Of a stretch of DNA of 64,000 nt, positions 63,520-64,000 are shown piece by piece. The notes beneath the pieces are model-generated. The model was not told the origin of the DNA. It saw nothing but the letters and a program-made list of their open reading frames with translations, and searched no databases. The DNA is from Octopus vulgaris (taxonomy: Eukaryota). Made by a program: the position numbers and the translations under genes. How positions within the stretch are numbered: the stretch's first letter is position 1; each line of letters starts with the position of its first letter. The stretch covers positions 128,278,001 to 128,342,000 of the forward strand of contig OX597815.1 of the NCBI GenBank assembly GCA_951406725.2. The letters are read 5' to 3'.

Positions 63520-63882
63520 TACCATGTTTTCTAGCATATAAGATGCACCTTTTTTCAAAAACATTCCCCACAAAAGTCACTCTGTGCCTTATATGCTGAT
63601 GGTCAAGCATTGGGTAGACTTGTTTAGTGTTATTAAGGATGGACAATACTGGTGATGATGGAGGTCAGGGATAGTATTTGGTAGTATTAAGGTAAAAATT
63701 GTAACTTAGCCTACCATAACAGCATACAAAAGGGCATCAGTGTAAAATTTCATGGCTTCTATACACGAAAAGGTGCGAGTCATTCAGCTAGGGGATTTGG
63801 GGTGAGCTGCAGTTTTTTTTTTCTTTTCGTAAATTATACCTGCCAAAATTGGGGTGCACTTTATATACCCAAAAATATGGTA
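63520..63882. mobile_element. Tc1/pogo-type MITE
   Basis: TIRs taccatgttttctagcatataagatgcacc / ggtgcactttatatacccaaaaatatggta with TA ends. Confidence 0.7.
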
Positions 63883-64000
63883 CATTAGCCATCATAAGAG
63901 CAACCGCCTTAGAATCATTGTTTCCACCTTCCTATGAAGCAGAGTGGTGTTGCAAAACTAATATTATTACATTATGTACAAGAAGGCTAGAATGATAGAC

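Overview
This is AT-rich, repeat-saturated animal genomic DNA. The SINE/LINE families and microsatellite spectrum look like an octopus (coleoid cephalopod) genome; that is recognition from memory, not a database result. The only host gene I can support is the 5' part of a protein disulfide-isomerase (P4HB/PDIA1-like) gene on +. Its coding exon 1 is at 54654-54801 (signal peptide) and exon 2 at 62155-62349 (WCGHCK), with an ERSE-like promoter and an intronic UPRE. The rest is transposon-derived: RTE LINEs (one with a PHD finger inside ORF2), nested R4/Dong-like elements in (TAA)n and (TACA)n, CR1 remnants, a decayed Ty3/Gypsy in PDI intron 1, mariner and maT (DD37D) elements, MITEs, Helitron/HINE-like elements and several tRNA-derived SINE families. 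The most interesting unannotated layer is a set of nine minimal type-I hammerhead-ribozyme motifs. They come from eight unrelated sequence families, three have intact cores (one is a U3:A8 compensatory variant), and most have palindromic stem III. They sit in short elements at or near (TA)n tracts, often within fold-back inverted repeats, as expected for Penelope-like pseudo-LTR relics. One fold-back has captured a nearby genomic segment, and another fuses a tRNA-like head to a hammerhead. A separate 314-bp-arm hairpin lies in the PDI intron. All structures were paired by eye and are untested.
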